From: Octopus sinensis
Taxonomy: Eukaryota
Reading direction: 5' to 3'
Assembly (NCBI RefSeq): GCF_006345805.1
Contig: NC_043008.1
Span: 6,882,001 to 6,946,000, forward strand
DNA length: 64,000 bases
Below are positions 15,120 through 29,569 of the stretch, piece by piece. The notes below the pieces were generated by a model. The model was not told where the DNA came from. It did no database searches and saw nothing but the letters and a program-made list of their open reading frames with translations. The position numbers were made by a program, and so were the translations under genes. Every line of letters starts with the position of its first letter. The first letter of the stretch is position 1.

Positions 15120-15830
15120 CATTCTAATACGTCGCAAGCACGCTCAGCCGTTCTTGCTGCTCCTTGGATGAAGAAATATCTTTAAATCCACAGACGGCGT
15201 AGGCTCCTCACACCTTCAGGGCTCTTAAGTCTCATGTACGGTTCCGACATGGCATCACAAGGCGAACGATAATTTTTGTGTATCGTGCGAGTGTATTGAC
15301 GCCGCTCCGTTGTTCATGTGTGACATAGACCCTTTACAGGCAGAACGTAAGGTACCTAGAACTCTTCTATCTGAAATTCTGAGACAGATTCTGATGTTGG
15401 CTAGTCCTTGCGGATTTCAGACACAAAGTTTTGAGGAGAGCCGACAGCCCCAGCATTGAGGCGATGGAACACAAACACCGTTTACATTGATCTGGACACT
15501 TCCTTCGCATTAATAATCGAAGGATCCTTAAGCAGATGCTATGGCTCTAATCTGTTTGTGGAAAGCGCCTCCCCCCCCCCAAAAAAAAGAAACGAAACCC
15601 AAACAAATCAAGATTACGATTTAAGAATTGTGTGAAGTTCTTCTTGAAAGAATGTGAAATATGAGAGGCCAATTGGGAAATCAGTGCTTGTCATCGCCAA
15701 AGATGGAGGAAACGAATAGAAAAAAAGTGATTTCTTAGCGTGCTGCTGGAGAATGCAGGACCAGTGAAGTAAATGCGGGAAACTTGGCCTGCAATATCTG
15801 TGGACGCTTAAGTTTATTAGGGGCTGTGTG
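15120..15830 (+). mobile_element. Decayed RTE-clade LINE 3' fragment, same family as 10611-11240
   Basis: Broken frames give SLDEEI..IFVYRASVLT..VLRRADSPSIEAM..KQML..RLRFKNCVKF..ACHRQRWRK..CNICGR, collinear with the 10787-11152 peptide. Confidence 0.8.
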
Positions 15831-16320
15831 TGTGTTTTGTGTATGTACAGAAAACTTGTATATCTAGATAGTACAGTTTTAGTTCATGCAAAAAGTGTAT
15901 ATTAAATTACGGAAAGTTGACAAAGATTCAACAAGGATTTGACCCAATGTATTTATGTCTGTCAGTTAAACAAACGCGAAGAAAGAAACCGTTATTCTAC
16001 GTAAAGAAAATACAGGAAATTATTCTCTAATGTCCTTGCAGAACAGCTCGTCTTTTCGGTATCTATTCACTTCAACCTGTTGAAATACATACGTACATAC
16101 ACAAATATATACATACATGCATTGCATACATATATACGCGCACATCTGGAACATATATACATGTGTGAATGTTATGTATAAAGGACGCAAACTGTGAACA
16201 CCAGGCTGGAAAATGTTTATTCAAAATGGCTGTCAGTTGTTCGTGCAACTGTTGAAAGAATAACGTTACTGTGGCATAATATCGTGAAAGTTTACACATA
16301 CATATGCGTGTGTATATATG

Positions 16321-16390
<70 letters not shown>

Positions 16391-17342
16391 TGTATGGATA
16401 TATGTGTTTGCCTTTGTGCGTCTACACGCCAGTGTTCTTTCCGTGTATGCGTGCTCTGCTTTAGAAAATACTATTCTATCTTCAGATGCTATTTTTCTAT
16501 CTTGATCAACGCCAATATATCTTCTCATGATCAGACTTCAACTTTAGCCGCCGCCATGCAAGTTCAGATCTTATCAATGAAAAGAAATAGAATAAGAAAA
16601 AAGTTTCCTTCTGCTGGAACCATCCCTAACCAATTTCCTTCTTTTGTTAGGGGTCATCTAATTTTTCTTTATTCTTTCTTTTTTACTCCCTTTTTCTTAT
16701 TTTCATTTAATGCATTCCACAGATATCAACCTGTCAAACAGTGATATACTACTTATCAATATATCACGATCGTTTACATCGTCTACATGCAATCAATGTA
16801 ACTTCAAGTCGCTTCCATGTCTACTGCTTTCCAACATCAAACTTTCATCCGCTCTCCACCGACCTTCCTTTCCATTTTACCTTAGATATATTTCTCAGTT
16901 GTGAGATTACTAACAATACTAAAATATATTCAGAACGTTGCTGAATACTTTCTCTTCATCTTATCTTACAATATTAGGGCTGGCTCCTTTTCTCTGGATT
17001 CTGCAACTGATGTTTATCAATGGACAGTAATTCGATGGTTTCCGTCAAAACGAATTGCTTGTGTCATGGACGAGTACGATATACACACATACATACAAAT
17101 GAGCGATATATATATAAATATACATATAAGTGCACCAAACATCGTCTCAGAAGACACATTGATCCATTCGAAGTCCTCATTCTTAACCATTTTTTTTTCT
17201 TCTGTATATATTATAGGCAATATTTTTTCCTTTTCTACATCAATTCTGTTTACACTTTAATGATGATTCGGAATTATTTCAAAGACGTTTGCTGCTGTGG
17301 GATACGTGAATATGTGTGTGCATGTGCGTGTTGTATGTATGA

Positions 17343-17387
<45 letters not shown>

Positions 17388-17531
17388 GAGAAAGATATGT
17401 ACATATACGGGGATATACGTGTATATATGTGTGTCTACGAATATATGTATACATATATATATATATATATATACATACATAGAAATATGCATGTAGAGTA
17501 TAAACATTTGTATTCCTATACACACACACAT

Positions 17532-17593
<62 letters not shown>

Positions 17594-18833
17594 CATATCT
17601 ATCTATATACCTATCTGTCTATCTCTCCATAACATTACATTATATACAAGAGATAGATTATACGTATACATATACATACATATATATACATACGTACATC
17701 TGTGTGAGCTTCTTATATGGGTATGTTAACGGATTATCTACGTATTTCGATTAGTATATATAACTAAATGTGTGTACATACATACATACATATATTGTAT
17801 GCGTGCGAAACGGAGAATGGATAAAACTCACACAGAATAACACACAAAGAAACGACTATATTCAGACACATGGCAGAATCTTCGGTATTCAGCTGAAATG
17901 GCATCTTTCCTTATTTTTCCCTATTTTACACTTTCCTACACTTTTATGCATTATGTGCTTTATGTGTGTGTGTGTCTCTCTCTCACTCTCTTATATTTCT
18001 TCTGGCCAAAAACAAAATTGCAGAAAAGCGCAATTCTTCCTCTCTGTTGATTGCTGACATTCACTGGTGCAAAAATAAAAAATACTGCTCTATAAAAAAA
18101 AAAGAAAAAGAAAAGAGAAAAAAAGGAAATAAAAAACCCCAGAAAGAGCATCAAAAATGATTGCTCTATCTTATTGCTGCTACTTTCAACCGCTTGGTGT
18201 CGTGATCAATATCAAATTATCTCGTTCTAATCTTACATACTTTGCTCACTTCGACCAATCACTTCTACCTTGTCTTTTTCAGTTCAGTTCCCATTCTTCG
18301 TACCTTCGCTTTCACACCCATCTTTCTCCTCCTTCATCCTTCTTTCTTTCCAATCTTTCCCACTCGTGTTTGTTTGCGTCTATTTCCTTTCCATCGATAT
18401 TTCATTCTATAATTCCCGTTCGTTCGTTCGTTCTTCTTCTTCTTGTCTTATTATTTTCACTGTTCGATTCCAGGCAATACATTCCTACTTGTTCCATGTC
18501 AAGTTCATATGTCCCACATCAAAAAAACATTGGTGCAACAGGTCACTCAACCAAACCTCACTTCACATACACATGTCAACAGCAGCCACTATTTTCTCTC
18601 TTATTGATTTCATCACGTCCGCCTTCCATATGCTAATACATCATATTTTCGAGGCAGCCGCTACTTGCATACGGTCGACTTGACAGAAATAGTAGCTATG
18701 TCTCCCTCATACAACAGATATCAAAAACAATGGACAGAATGATCTTCAAAACACTACTTGAATAATAATATAGAAGGGTCAAAGCTTCAACTGTGAGAGC
18801 GGACAGCATTTTGTTGTAAAAGGCATCACAGAG

Positions 18834-18870
18834 TTATTATTATTATTACTATTACTATCATTACTATTAC

Positions 18871-18901
<31 letters not shown>

Positions 18902-18997
18902 ATTATTATTATTAATATTACTATTATTATTATTATTATTATCATTATTATTATTATTATGATTATTATTATTATTATGATTATTATTTTTATTATG

Positions 18998-19040
<43 letters not shown>
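18834..19040. repeat. (ATT)n microsatellite
   Basis: Direct reading. Confidence 0.9.
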
Positions 19041-19042
<2 letters not shown>

Positions 19043-19214
19043 CCCCACTCCATCCGTAACGTCTTCCGCTCTGTCCTACCATTCGATTTTATTATATTTT
19101 CTTATTTTTGTAAAATTTTAATGTCATTTTTTTGTGTAATCATTTGTTCATCTGACCCCAAAATCAGATTGTATTGTCCCCGCTTCGTTGGCCTCTTGTG
19201 GGTAATAAAAAATC

Positions 19215-19245
<31 letters not shown>

Positions 19246-19282
19246 GTTATTATTATTATTATTGTTGTTGTTGTTATTATTA

Positions 19283-19352
19283 AGGCGGTGAGCTGGCAGA
19301 ATCGTTAGCACTCTGGACGAATTTCAGGCCTTGTGCCTATAGTAGAAAAATC
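19283..19352 (+). mobile_element. Internally deleted SINE family A (head joined directly to tail)
   Basis: AAGGCGGTGAGCTGGCAGAATCGTTAGCAC..GGACGAA fused to ATTTCAGGCCTTGTGCCTATAGTAGAAA. Confidence 0.55.
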
Positions 19353-19365
19353 ATTATTATTTTAA

Positions 19366-19685
19366 TTATTATTATTGAGTAAAAGAGAAGCGTATGCTAT
19401 CAAAATGATGCTAGGTACACATATATGAAACCCAGTATATCCATGTTTGATAAGGGTACATCAGGCTCATGCATCATGATCATTTGTGAGGGATATGGTT
19501 ATCTTATATCAAGATAAATAGAACATGATCTTGCGGATGGGGGCCCAGTTAGAATTTTCTTCAGGTCGAGTAGACTACCGTGATCAAAACATCTCTGAAT
19601 GGGGGTTGTTTCAGGTTGATGAACGAAACAGCCATGTTTCCAAACATGAATTATTCAAACCTCAAAGAATTCCTTTCAACACATG
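19366..19685 (-). repeat. Second copy of the 781-1326 repeat (3' part)
   Basis: ATTATTGAGT..GGGGGCCCAGTTAGAATTTTCTTCAGGTCGAGTA..GTTTCCA..GAATTATTCAAACC. Confidence 0.65.
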
Positions 19686-20120
19686 GCTCGTTAGCACGGC
19701 GAGTAAAATGCTTTGTAGAATTTTGTCAGTCTTTACACTGTGAGTTCAAATCCTACCGAATTTATGTGTGTGTGGGGGTGTTAGAAAATATAAGGCCAAC
19801 TGACTTTATATTTATATTAATTCTACATAAGAATGTACATGAGTTTTCAAATAGCAAATACAAAGTGTTTAGAATGCCTGTAAAAGAACTGAGTTACTTA
19901 GAGGATGAAAATCATTGCCCCACGCCATGACAAAGCCGTCCAGACTGTTGAGAGTGATGCAGCCTAAACTCAAGTAAGTAAATGACTGAGGTGAACCTGT
20001 AAATGGAGAGAAAATCAGAAGTCTGGTGCTAAAGATTACAACAAGGTATGCGCATTAGCGACAGGGGTAGTATTATCGAGAGATAATATTTATCTCCACT
20101 TCAACGTTGATGTTCTGTGA

Positions 20121-20306
20121 GAACAAACTATACTGTGGCAGATATCACGAGAGAAAGTCTCATATTCGCTTTTGGTGCCAAATGCACTCTTGTGTTTATA
20201 TCGAAAAGCGGAGAAGGTGGCAGGGCGACATAAATAAGAGTGCATTTTGCACCAAAAGCAAATAAGAGGGTTTCTCTCGTGGCATCTACCACAGTATAGT
20301 TTGTTC
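20121..20306. mobile_element. Hairpin MITE-like inverted repeat (~80-bp arms, ~25-nt spacer)
   Basis: GAACAAACTATACTGTGG..GCTTTTGGTGCCAAATGCACTCTTG pairs with AAGAGTGCATTTTGCACCAAAAGC..CCACAGTATAGTTTGTTC. Confidence 0.7.
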
Positions 20307-20705
20307 CTATAGCAACGTAATCTTTGTTATAATCAGCAAAGGACAAAATTGTGGTATTTAAAGTTAGTAGCGTGTAGGTTATACTTGCAGAATTAGACTT
20401 ATCGGTTGGGACTTTATCGTACAAAACTGATTTAGGAATGGAGAAGGACTAAACCTTATAACATAATACCATACTTCAATGGTAAGCTGAAACTATGGGA
20501 ACCTGCATGGAGTCTTAACATATTAACACTGGATTACTTCTGCATGTATACAAACAACGTGGTAAGTATGCAAACATTATACACACCGCACATCCTCATG
20601 TCTGACGATATATTAAACACATGCATCCTCGAAATAGTCGGGTATATACACCTACCTACATACATACAGATATATGACATATTTGCATGGTATGTTTGCA
20701 TGTAA

Positions 20706-20755
<50 letters not shown>

Positions 20756-20814
20756 CTGTATGTATATTCAGATATACTTTCATACATATACCTGAATCTA
20801 TGTATGAGTGCTTG

Positions 20815-20882
<68 letters not shown>

Positions 20883-21361
20883 TTTTATATATATACAAGC
20901 ACACACACACACATATATATATATATGTATGTATGTATGTATGTATAAGTGCGCATGCGTATGGGTGTGAACGTGTAAGTTTGTTTATTGTGAAGCACAA
21001 TCTTTTGTTCGGTAGATGCGTTACACCTGAAACTGTGCAGAACATTGAGTTGGCTCCAACAGCGGATGGCGACGACATTGCTTTCTGCTTTGTGATTCAG
21101 AGGAAATGGTATTAAGTGATTATATACAGAGCAAACTGGTGTTGACTGCATGCCACAGTGTCTGCTAGAGGCTGCCAGTGGCCGACTGCCAAAACTCTAC
21201 ACATGTCTATAGATGGACGAACAGTTAGACACATACACACTCTCGCAGTGTGTTGTAACACGCAGGTATGTATATGTATATATATATGTATGTGTACATA
21301 TATGTAAAAATATATGTATATATATATATATATATATATGCTTAGATTTTTGCATCTGTGC

Positions 21362-21399
<38 letters not shown>

Positions 21400-22069
21400 A
21401 TATGTATATGTATATATATATCCACATGTACATATATCTACATGTGTATGTATACACACGCACGCATATATATACATATTCATGTGTATGTTTGTGTTTG
21501 AGTGCGTGTATATGCCTTATCTATGTTTGTGTATGTATGTATGTACACAGTACACAGATAGACACACACACACACACGCAAACATACACACGTCTGTATA
21601 TGTGTAGACATGCTCATATACACACACATAGGAAGTTGATAAAAATATTTGTGTACAAATCCATCCACGCGCATACATGCGCGAAAGCGGCCCACACACT
21701 TACAAAAACAAACATACACGTATACACACACACGTGTGTGTGTGTGTATTTGTGTGTGTAACTGCACATGTGTGTGCAACAATGAATCTCCGTCGTTAGA
21801 CGAAGAGGATTAAGTTGTTTATTCAACTAAACTATCTTGTCTGGATTTAAAGCTTATATGGCTGAACACACCACGAACACGTGTACCTGTAATACAAACT
21901 TTAGGTAGCAGAACATACGCAACATTTAAATTCTATGTACACTCCACCCGACCAACTTCTATCCGATTTCACTCAGTGCATAGGACGAGCTGAAAGTACA
22001 GATAGGTCTCCGTGGGATTGAACTTGGAATATCGTGGCTGCGAAGTAAACCTCTCATTAACCCGACCAA

Positions 22070-22232
22070 CATATGGATAGGGCTTGGTGGAACTAGAAGT
22101 TAGTTTCGAAACGACGTGATTCTAGGCTCAGTCCCACTGCGTAACACCTTGCAAGTGTCTTCTACTATCGCCTCGGGCCGACCAAAGCCTTGTGAGTGGA
22201 TTTGGTAGACGGAAACTGAAAGAAGCCCTTTG

Positions 22233-22271
<39 letters not shown>

Positions 22272-22495
22272 GTGTGTGCGTGTCTTCGTGTCTGTTTGTA
22301 GCCACTCCGCTACTTGACAGCCGGTTTTGCTGTGTTTGCGTCCATGTGACTTAGCGGTTCGCCATAAGTGTTCAATAGGATAAGTATCAAGCTTAAAAAA
22401 AAGGGAGTGGGTTGGATTCATTCAACTGAATATTCAAGACGGTGCTCTAGTATGGTCGAAGTCTAATGACTGAAGCAAGGAAAACATAAAAGATA
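22070..22495 (+). mobile_element. SINE family B
   Basis: Collinear with 39187-39635, including GCCGACCAAAGCCTTGTGAGTGGATTTGGTAGACGGAAAC and an internal microsatellite at the same position. Confidence 0.75.
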
Positions 22496-22694
22496 TACAG
22501 ATAAATATAGACATATTTTGTGTGTGGCGTATGTGTAGATGCTTTTGTGCTTTTCCAACTCAACTTTTTGCGAGTGTTTTAAAGAATAAGGGCCATACGT
22601 TTTTTAAAAGTACAGGTGTGCGATTAGATCGACTAAATCCTTTAAGACGGCACCTCGCCATTGCTACAGCCATTGCTACAGTCAAATAACAGAA

Positions 22695-22988
22695 ACTGGT
22701 ACTCCATCGGTTGCGACGACGAGGGTTCCATTTGATCCAATCAACGGAACAGCCTGCTCGAGAAATTAACGTGCAAGTGGCTGAGCACTCCACAGACACG
22801 TGTACTACCTTAACGTAACAAGGCCGGCCCTTTGTAATGCAGGTACAACTCATTTTTACAAGCTGAATGGACTGGAGCAACGTGATATAAAATGCCTTTC
22901 TCCAGGACACAATACGCAGCCGAGAATCGAACTCACGACCTTGCGATCGTGAACCGAATGCCCTAACCACTAAACCACGCACCTTCAC
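22695..22988 (-). mobile_element. tRNA-derived SINE family C
   Basis: Minus strand has a tRNA-like head GTGGTTTAGTGGTTAGGGCATTCGG..GTCGTGAGTTCGATTCTCGG, then GTACCTGCATTACAAAGGGCCG..GTCTGTGGAGTGCTCAGCCACTTGCACGTTAATTT. Confidence 0.75.
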
Positions 22989-23006
22989 AACTGAAACTAA
23001 CAAAAG

Positions 23007-23051
<45 letters not shown>

Positions 23052-23576
23052 GCGTGCACACATATATGCATACACAATCACAGACACGCTTACGAGAAGC
23101 TTCATATGGTTCTGGTCTGGAAATAAGTTCAGACCATAGCACTGTGAGATCCTGCGGTTTTAGAATATCCGATTTTCAATCTTGTGGCACCTCATCAGCT
23201 TCAGTGACTTTAGAACTATGCAGATTCTTTCTCAGACAGGCTGCCAAGATTGTTCAGGGGAAGGATAGCATTTCTCTTCATATGCAAATGATATAAGCTG
23301 TACGCAGTTTTACACACACACACACACACATATACACACAGCACATGGATGCGTGTGTATACATATATCCATAAATGTAAATGCATAGATATACAAATAT
23401 ATATATATATAATATATATATATAGATAGATAGATATATATGTATGTATATGTACACACACATATATATACATACAGGCATATATATATAATATATGTGT
23501 GTGTGTGTATATATATATGTATGTATGTATGTATCTGTATACACAATCTAGTCATTTATATATATATATTATATAT

Positions 23577-23609
<33 letters not shown>

Positions 23610-24999
23610 TTATTTATTTATATATATATATAGATATATATATATATATGTATGTATATGTACACCACACATATATATACATACAGACATATATATATGT
23701 GTGTATATATATGTATGTATGTATCTGTATACACAAATCTAGTCATTTATATATATATATATATGTATACACATATATACAGTCATATATATGTATGTAT
23801 GTATATGTACACACACATATATATACACACAGACATATATATATACACATAGACAAATGTGTGTGCGCGTGTGTGTGTGGCGGGGTATAAATTTCAGAAA
23901 ACCATATAGCCAGAGGGGTATTATGTAATGTGTGCATTCACATTCGGATACATATATATTTACACACATACGTGTAGATTTACAAACAGACCGATAGCGG
24001 GGTGGAAAATCTATAAAAAAATATAAATTAATTAAATATTTTAAAATAAAAATTATTTCTACATTCTCCGCTCATACAACAGGCTTTTACTCTGAGAGAA
24101 GTGAAAGGTATCAAACAAATATTTTGTTGCAAATTTGATGGAAAAAAAGAAAAAGAAATTTGCCTTTGCGGAAGATGCAAGGAATGAGAAAAGAACAAGT
24201 AGTTGCAGATAATAATAGGGAGAGAACGGATGAGAAGAGAAATGAGATAAAGGAAGACAAAGGAAGAGAGAGAAAGAGAGAGTGAGAGAAGGAGAGAATG
24301 GTGTATAGACTGAGGAACTCAGATAAAGACAAAGAGAGGCAGGAAAAATGTGTGAGATAGTTTACAAACGTATTGGTGTTTATAGCTTTGTATACGCATA
24401 TGTATATACGCTGACACACATATACACACAGAGTCACACACACATATATAGAGACACACACGCACACACATATGCGGGAGTGTATTAAAAAACATATTGT
24501 AGATTGGCTCCTACATACGTGTTGAGTTATACAGCCATAAATGTTACATACGCCCAACTAGTTATGTAAACATGTCAATCAATGCAGTTAGAGGTTTATC
24601 CAAGATACTTTTATCACGTTCACACACACACAGACACGCACACACACGATACAAATTGACATATATGTTCTTATCGTTGTTGTTGTTGTTGTTGCTGTTG
24701 TTGGCACTAATGATGGAGCGGGATGAAGGTGTTAGGTAATGTTTGTATGATGCTAAGTACGATGGTTATAGGATGCTTCTTGTTTTTACTGTGCTTAACC
24801 GAAAGTTAACCCTGGCAAAACAATCCCTTCATAAAAGCGATCCCAGTGGTGATTAAGTCACCCATATTTAGGGCACCGCATGCATGATACTTGCATACTA
24901 TCTAATGTAGTGGTTCCCAAATTTTTTCAGGCTGCTGCCCCTTTGGTTCTAAGGCTACATTTCTAGTCCCCCTCATATATTTATAAACAGATAGATAGG

Positions 25000-25178
25000 T
25001 GTATGTCTGTGTGATGGTTTGTTTACGTCCCCGTAACTACCGTTTCAGCAAAAAAAACAAAAAAACTAATAGACTAAATACAAAACTTTAAAAACTTAAT
25101 CACTAGAGTCTATTTGTTCGACTATACTCCTTCAAGGCGATGATCCAGCATGGCCGTAGATGAAACAAGTAAAATAAA
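25000..25178 (+). mobile_element. SINE family B 3' half
   Basis: GTTTACGTCCCCGTAACT..AAGGCGATGATCCAGCATGGCCG..GAAACAAGTAAAA. Confidence 0.6.
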
Positions 25179-26743
25179 AACTTGATAAAAGATTTGGCGG
25201 CGATGCGAGAAGAGAGTGGTAGGAGGTAGGGTGGAGGTTGAAGAGTGTTATCCGTCGGTATATAAGGGTACGACGGTGGTGTTCTTGCGGGGTGGGGAAC
25301 ACTCATGATGGCGGTGTGTAGAAGGGTGGCGCCACTGAAGCAGAAACGGGGTGAGGATAGAATAGAACTTTGGTGGAGATGTGCAAAAAATGAAAGAAGT
25401 GGAGAAATAGATTGACGGCAATGGGGTGGCACCAGCTGCATCAGGTGAGTCATCAGGGTGGATTAAAAAGTCTGTAGTTGTAGGGATAGATTTTTTTAGA
25501 TAGAGCGGGGTGGTATTCAATGTTTTGATTGGAAAACAAAACATAGAATATCCGTGCGAATTTGGTGGGCGATAGGAAATCTGAGACAGATATTCCTCCT
25601 TTATTTCTCTATTTCTTTCTGTGTGTATATGTGTACCCGTGTCATCGTGTGTATGTGTGTGTATGTATATACATATAAATATATAGGGATGTGTATGGCA
25701 GTATAGACTATAGATAAAATTACGATATCCGACTATTTCTGCTTCTTTACTGACACTTCTGGATATATAATACCTAAAGCATACATGCATATGTGTGTGT
25801 GTGTGAGTGTGTATCTATGTGTGTGTGAATGCATATATATATATATGTGTGTGTGTGTGTGTATATGCATATATATATACATACATATGTGTGTATATAT
25901 ATATGTATGTGGCCCCACATTATTTCATGCATATATATATGTATATATGTGTATATATGTTTATACATATACACATACTTACATATAAATACACATAGAC
26001 ACACCCTCACCTACACACACACACACACATATAATAAAGTGGTGAGATCTAAAATTGCCGTGGTTCAGACAATTGGTTAGCTTCAAGCATAGACAAAATT
26101 TGTATAGATAACACAAAGTAGATGATGATCAATCAATGAAGTTTATTAATCAATGTATCCGCTACACTGCATCCCATATCGAATTAGAAATTCCGATAAG
26201 ATGACCACCACTATATAACTCCAGCATATAGCAACAAAAGTTGCTAAATTTGCGATAATAAGTCAATGGTTGAAGGGGATGGAATTATCAGTTATGTATT
26301 ACGCATATTACGTAACTTGAAAGTGCTGCAGAGATGTTCAGAGTTCCTCGTCTCTGGGTACCTTTCTACTTATCGCTTACAAGTACATTGTCGTAACAAA
26401 TTTGCCAAGACAAACCCCAAAGATTAGTACATTTCAACTTCCGAAAGGGGAGTGAAAGTAGGAAATGGTTGAGCAACCAATCACTTGCCTGATGTATAAA
26501 CTCTGGTGAGTTAGAAGTGTGTATGGTTTTGATGTATAAATATAGTATATGGGGTAGTTATAGGTGGTACATATTATCGCTATATGGTAATATGAAGAAA
26601 TAACGCTTAAGAGATATAAATATATAAAAAAAATAAACATACCAGATATACTACCGTCTGTAATATATTTGTATTTACGTAATCCCTCATGCAGACGTCA
26701 ATATCGAGAATAAAGTTAGACAAGCACACAAATGCACAATGTA

Positions 26744-27638
26744 TTGGGCTGAGGAATAATTCATGAGCTTTTTTTTTTTCAAATTTAAAAATGCACCCAG
26801 AAACAAAACGCTTTGGAAAAATGTTTTACGTTAATTGAAAGAGAAGTTTTTGCTCTCCAAAGATAGTGTGTTTTGATTTTTGAATTTTCTTGATTTTTGT
26901 GTATTTTCAGATCATTAAAATAGAATGTCAAGTGGGCAAAACTGAGGATTTTTGACACCATTTGCTTTTTGTATTTAATCAAGGTATTTAGCCAACCGAA
27001 GCTGCTTGTGAGATTTGTGCTGTATTTGGAAAAGGAGCAATGCCTCAAGGTACCGCTCGCTGTTGGTTTTCGCGCTTCAAAAGTGGGAATTTTGACCTTA
27101 AGAACGGATCACACACCGGTCGACCAACTGAGTTCAATGAACCTTGCCTATTGAGTGAATGTGGTTCACCATAGTCTTTTACTCGCGATCCATCTACTCC
27201 ACCAATTCTCTGGTCGTTTGACTTGCATTTTAGTGGATTCAATCATTCTTCAGCAAACTCAGTTGGTCGACCGTTGTATGATCCATCTTTGAGGTCAAAA
27301 TCTCATTTTTCAAGCACGAAAACCAACGGTAAGCAGTACTTTGAGGCATGGCACATTCCCTATAAAAAGTACAAATTTCACGAGCAGCTTTGGCGGGCTT
27401 AACACCTCGATTAAATGCAAAAAAGCAAATAGAGTAGAAAATGTTCAGTTTTGTCCACTTGATTCCATTTCAATGATGTGAAAATATACAAAATTCAATA
27501 AAAATTCAAAAAAATCAAAACATTTCCTTGCAGAGCGCAAAATTCTCTTTCAAATAACTTAAAACATTTTGCCAAAACGTTTCATTTCTGCGTGCATTTT
27601 CAAATTTGGAAAAACGCTCATGAATTGTCTCAACCCAA
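26744..27638. mobile_element. Mariner-derived fold-back element with ~400-bp inverted arms and TA target duplication
   Basis: Ends are TA|TTGGGCTGAG ... CTCAACCCAA|TA. 26744-27140 is an imperfect inverted copy of ~27250-27638. Both arms encode a decayed mariner N-terminal HTH (EAACEICAVFGKGAMPQGTARCWFSRFKSGNFDLKNGSHTGRPTEF). Confidence 0.85.
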
Positions 27639-27666
27639 TATTTATACAGATATGAACAGAAACTTA

Positions 27667-27764
<98 letters not shown>

Positions 27765-28009
27765 GAAACACTCCAGTCACAACCTGGGACCTTGAAGACT
27801 GCTATAATTCAAGAAAGTATACTATTGTATATTCAATATTTCATCTATTCAATAAGACAATCAATACTTCATTTCATTTTACTACATATATTATTTATAC
27901 TATATATTCTATATTCTACATTAATATTAGAAAGAATAAAACATAAAAAGCAAACAGAGTTGGAATTCCTTTGAATAATATGTATCCCTCTATACACAAT
28001 CATACAAAC

Positions 28010-28060
<51 letters not shown>

Positions 28061-28769
28061 CATATATATGAGTGTGTGTGTGTACGTATGTATGCTGTTG
28101 AAACGGGATGGCGCCACATATGTTTCAAATGTGTACGATTATTCAGATGGCCTCATCGCAGAGTATTCTGACCTGTTCGTTTCTCCCCGATGACGTCAGC
28201 ACCTCACTATTTCATTGGTTAATTAAGCTCACCAACGGCACAACAACAAATATCAGGACAAGCAAAACCATGTCGACGTGTCAATTCTTATTACCAATTC
28301 AATTGAAATTACCCCCATCTCCTGCTCAGAGACCACATATTGTTACAGGCCCCCACGAGAACGAAGTGATGTCTAAAAACCTTAAACGCCATGTTTATCA
28401 CCAAGTCAAGCAAAAAGTACTTTTGTACATTAATTCTCACCAACTGTTCTTTTATTAATTGTCTGTTATTTTTGCTAATTACGTTAATTTTCGTTGAATT
28501 GCAGCTCATCTCTCTCGACAGCAAGTAAAAGAAAGTTAAATAAAAGATGTTGTCTTTCAGTTGGAAGTTATCACGGTTTACAAGTCACCGACGAGGTTTG
28601 TATTAAGTAATTAGTGACGCCCTGACATCAACTACGATAAACAAATATTGTTGGAGTGTACCCCACGCTACTGTTGATTTATGCTTTAAATGTAAGAATT
28701 AATGAAAGGCAGACTACATCAACCGAATGAAAATAATTATTCGCTTTATCATATATTATATTGATTTCA

Positions 28770-28968
28770 TATTTTGGCACAAAGCCGGCGATTTCGGCAG
28801 TAAGTCGATTACATCAAGCCTAGTGTTCAACTTGTACTTATTTCATCGACCCCGAAAGGATGAAAGGCAAATCGGCCCTGGCGGAATTCGAGCTCAAAAC
28901 GTAATGACGGACGAAATGTTGCGAGGCATTTTTCTCGGGGTGCAAACGATTCTGCTAACTCGCCGCCT
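28770..28968 (-). mobile_element. SINE family A
   Basis: Reverse complement of the 56379 element (TCGACCCCGAAAGGATGAAAGGCAAA..GGCGGAATT..ATTCTGCTAACTCGCCGCC). Confidence 0.8.
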
Positions 28969-29569
28969 CAATAGATTTATCTACTTGGGGTGAGAACAAT
29001 GTATGAAGTTAGCTCGCCCATATCAACCGATATCTTCTCGAAACGGCCGTAGGATTTTGTACATATTTGGGATTCCTCATGAATAATCTTATACTAACTT
29101 TCTTATCTACCCTCCTCATTGATTCTAATACAGACATTCGGACTTCGCAAGTATATCTATGTATTTATACTTACGTGTTTATATATTTATGAATTTTTAT
29201 TTAGTAAGATGAATATAATCAAAATAAATAACAGAAAGTCAAGTAGTGATGCAGTACGACCGTTTCAAGCGCCTCCATTTAATTAAACAATGTAACCGTT
29301 GCATCAGTTTAAATACAGTGCTATCTTCAGTTACAATAAACATGGAATTTCAGCGGGCAAGATATATTAATATAATTTTTCTGAAACATTTTGTCAGAGC
29401 TAAAGGATGAAACAACTTCATGCTGTTACTGTTGCAGTAAGAATAATCTAAGGAAAGAACTACAAGTTTGGAGCGCCATAGAACACAATAAAGGTCACAG
29501 GATTATAATTCATTTCTAATTTTTTTATCTACCTTCTTATCATCAACAAAAGATCTATGTTTATCCATT

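Noticed and set aside
22915-22988. tRNA gene (also at 11248-11325 and 39187-39260)
   Set aside because: A/B boxes are present, but there is no complete cloverleaf and each continues into a SINE body seen elsewhere in the window.
25425-25470. Minus-strand CTGATGA followed by a CACC/GGTG stem
   Set aside because: No GAAA box or cleavage triplet follows.
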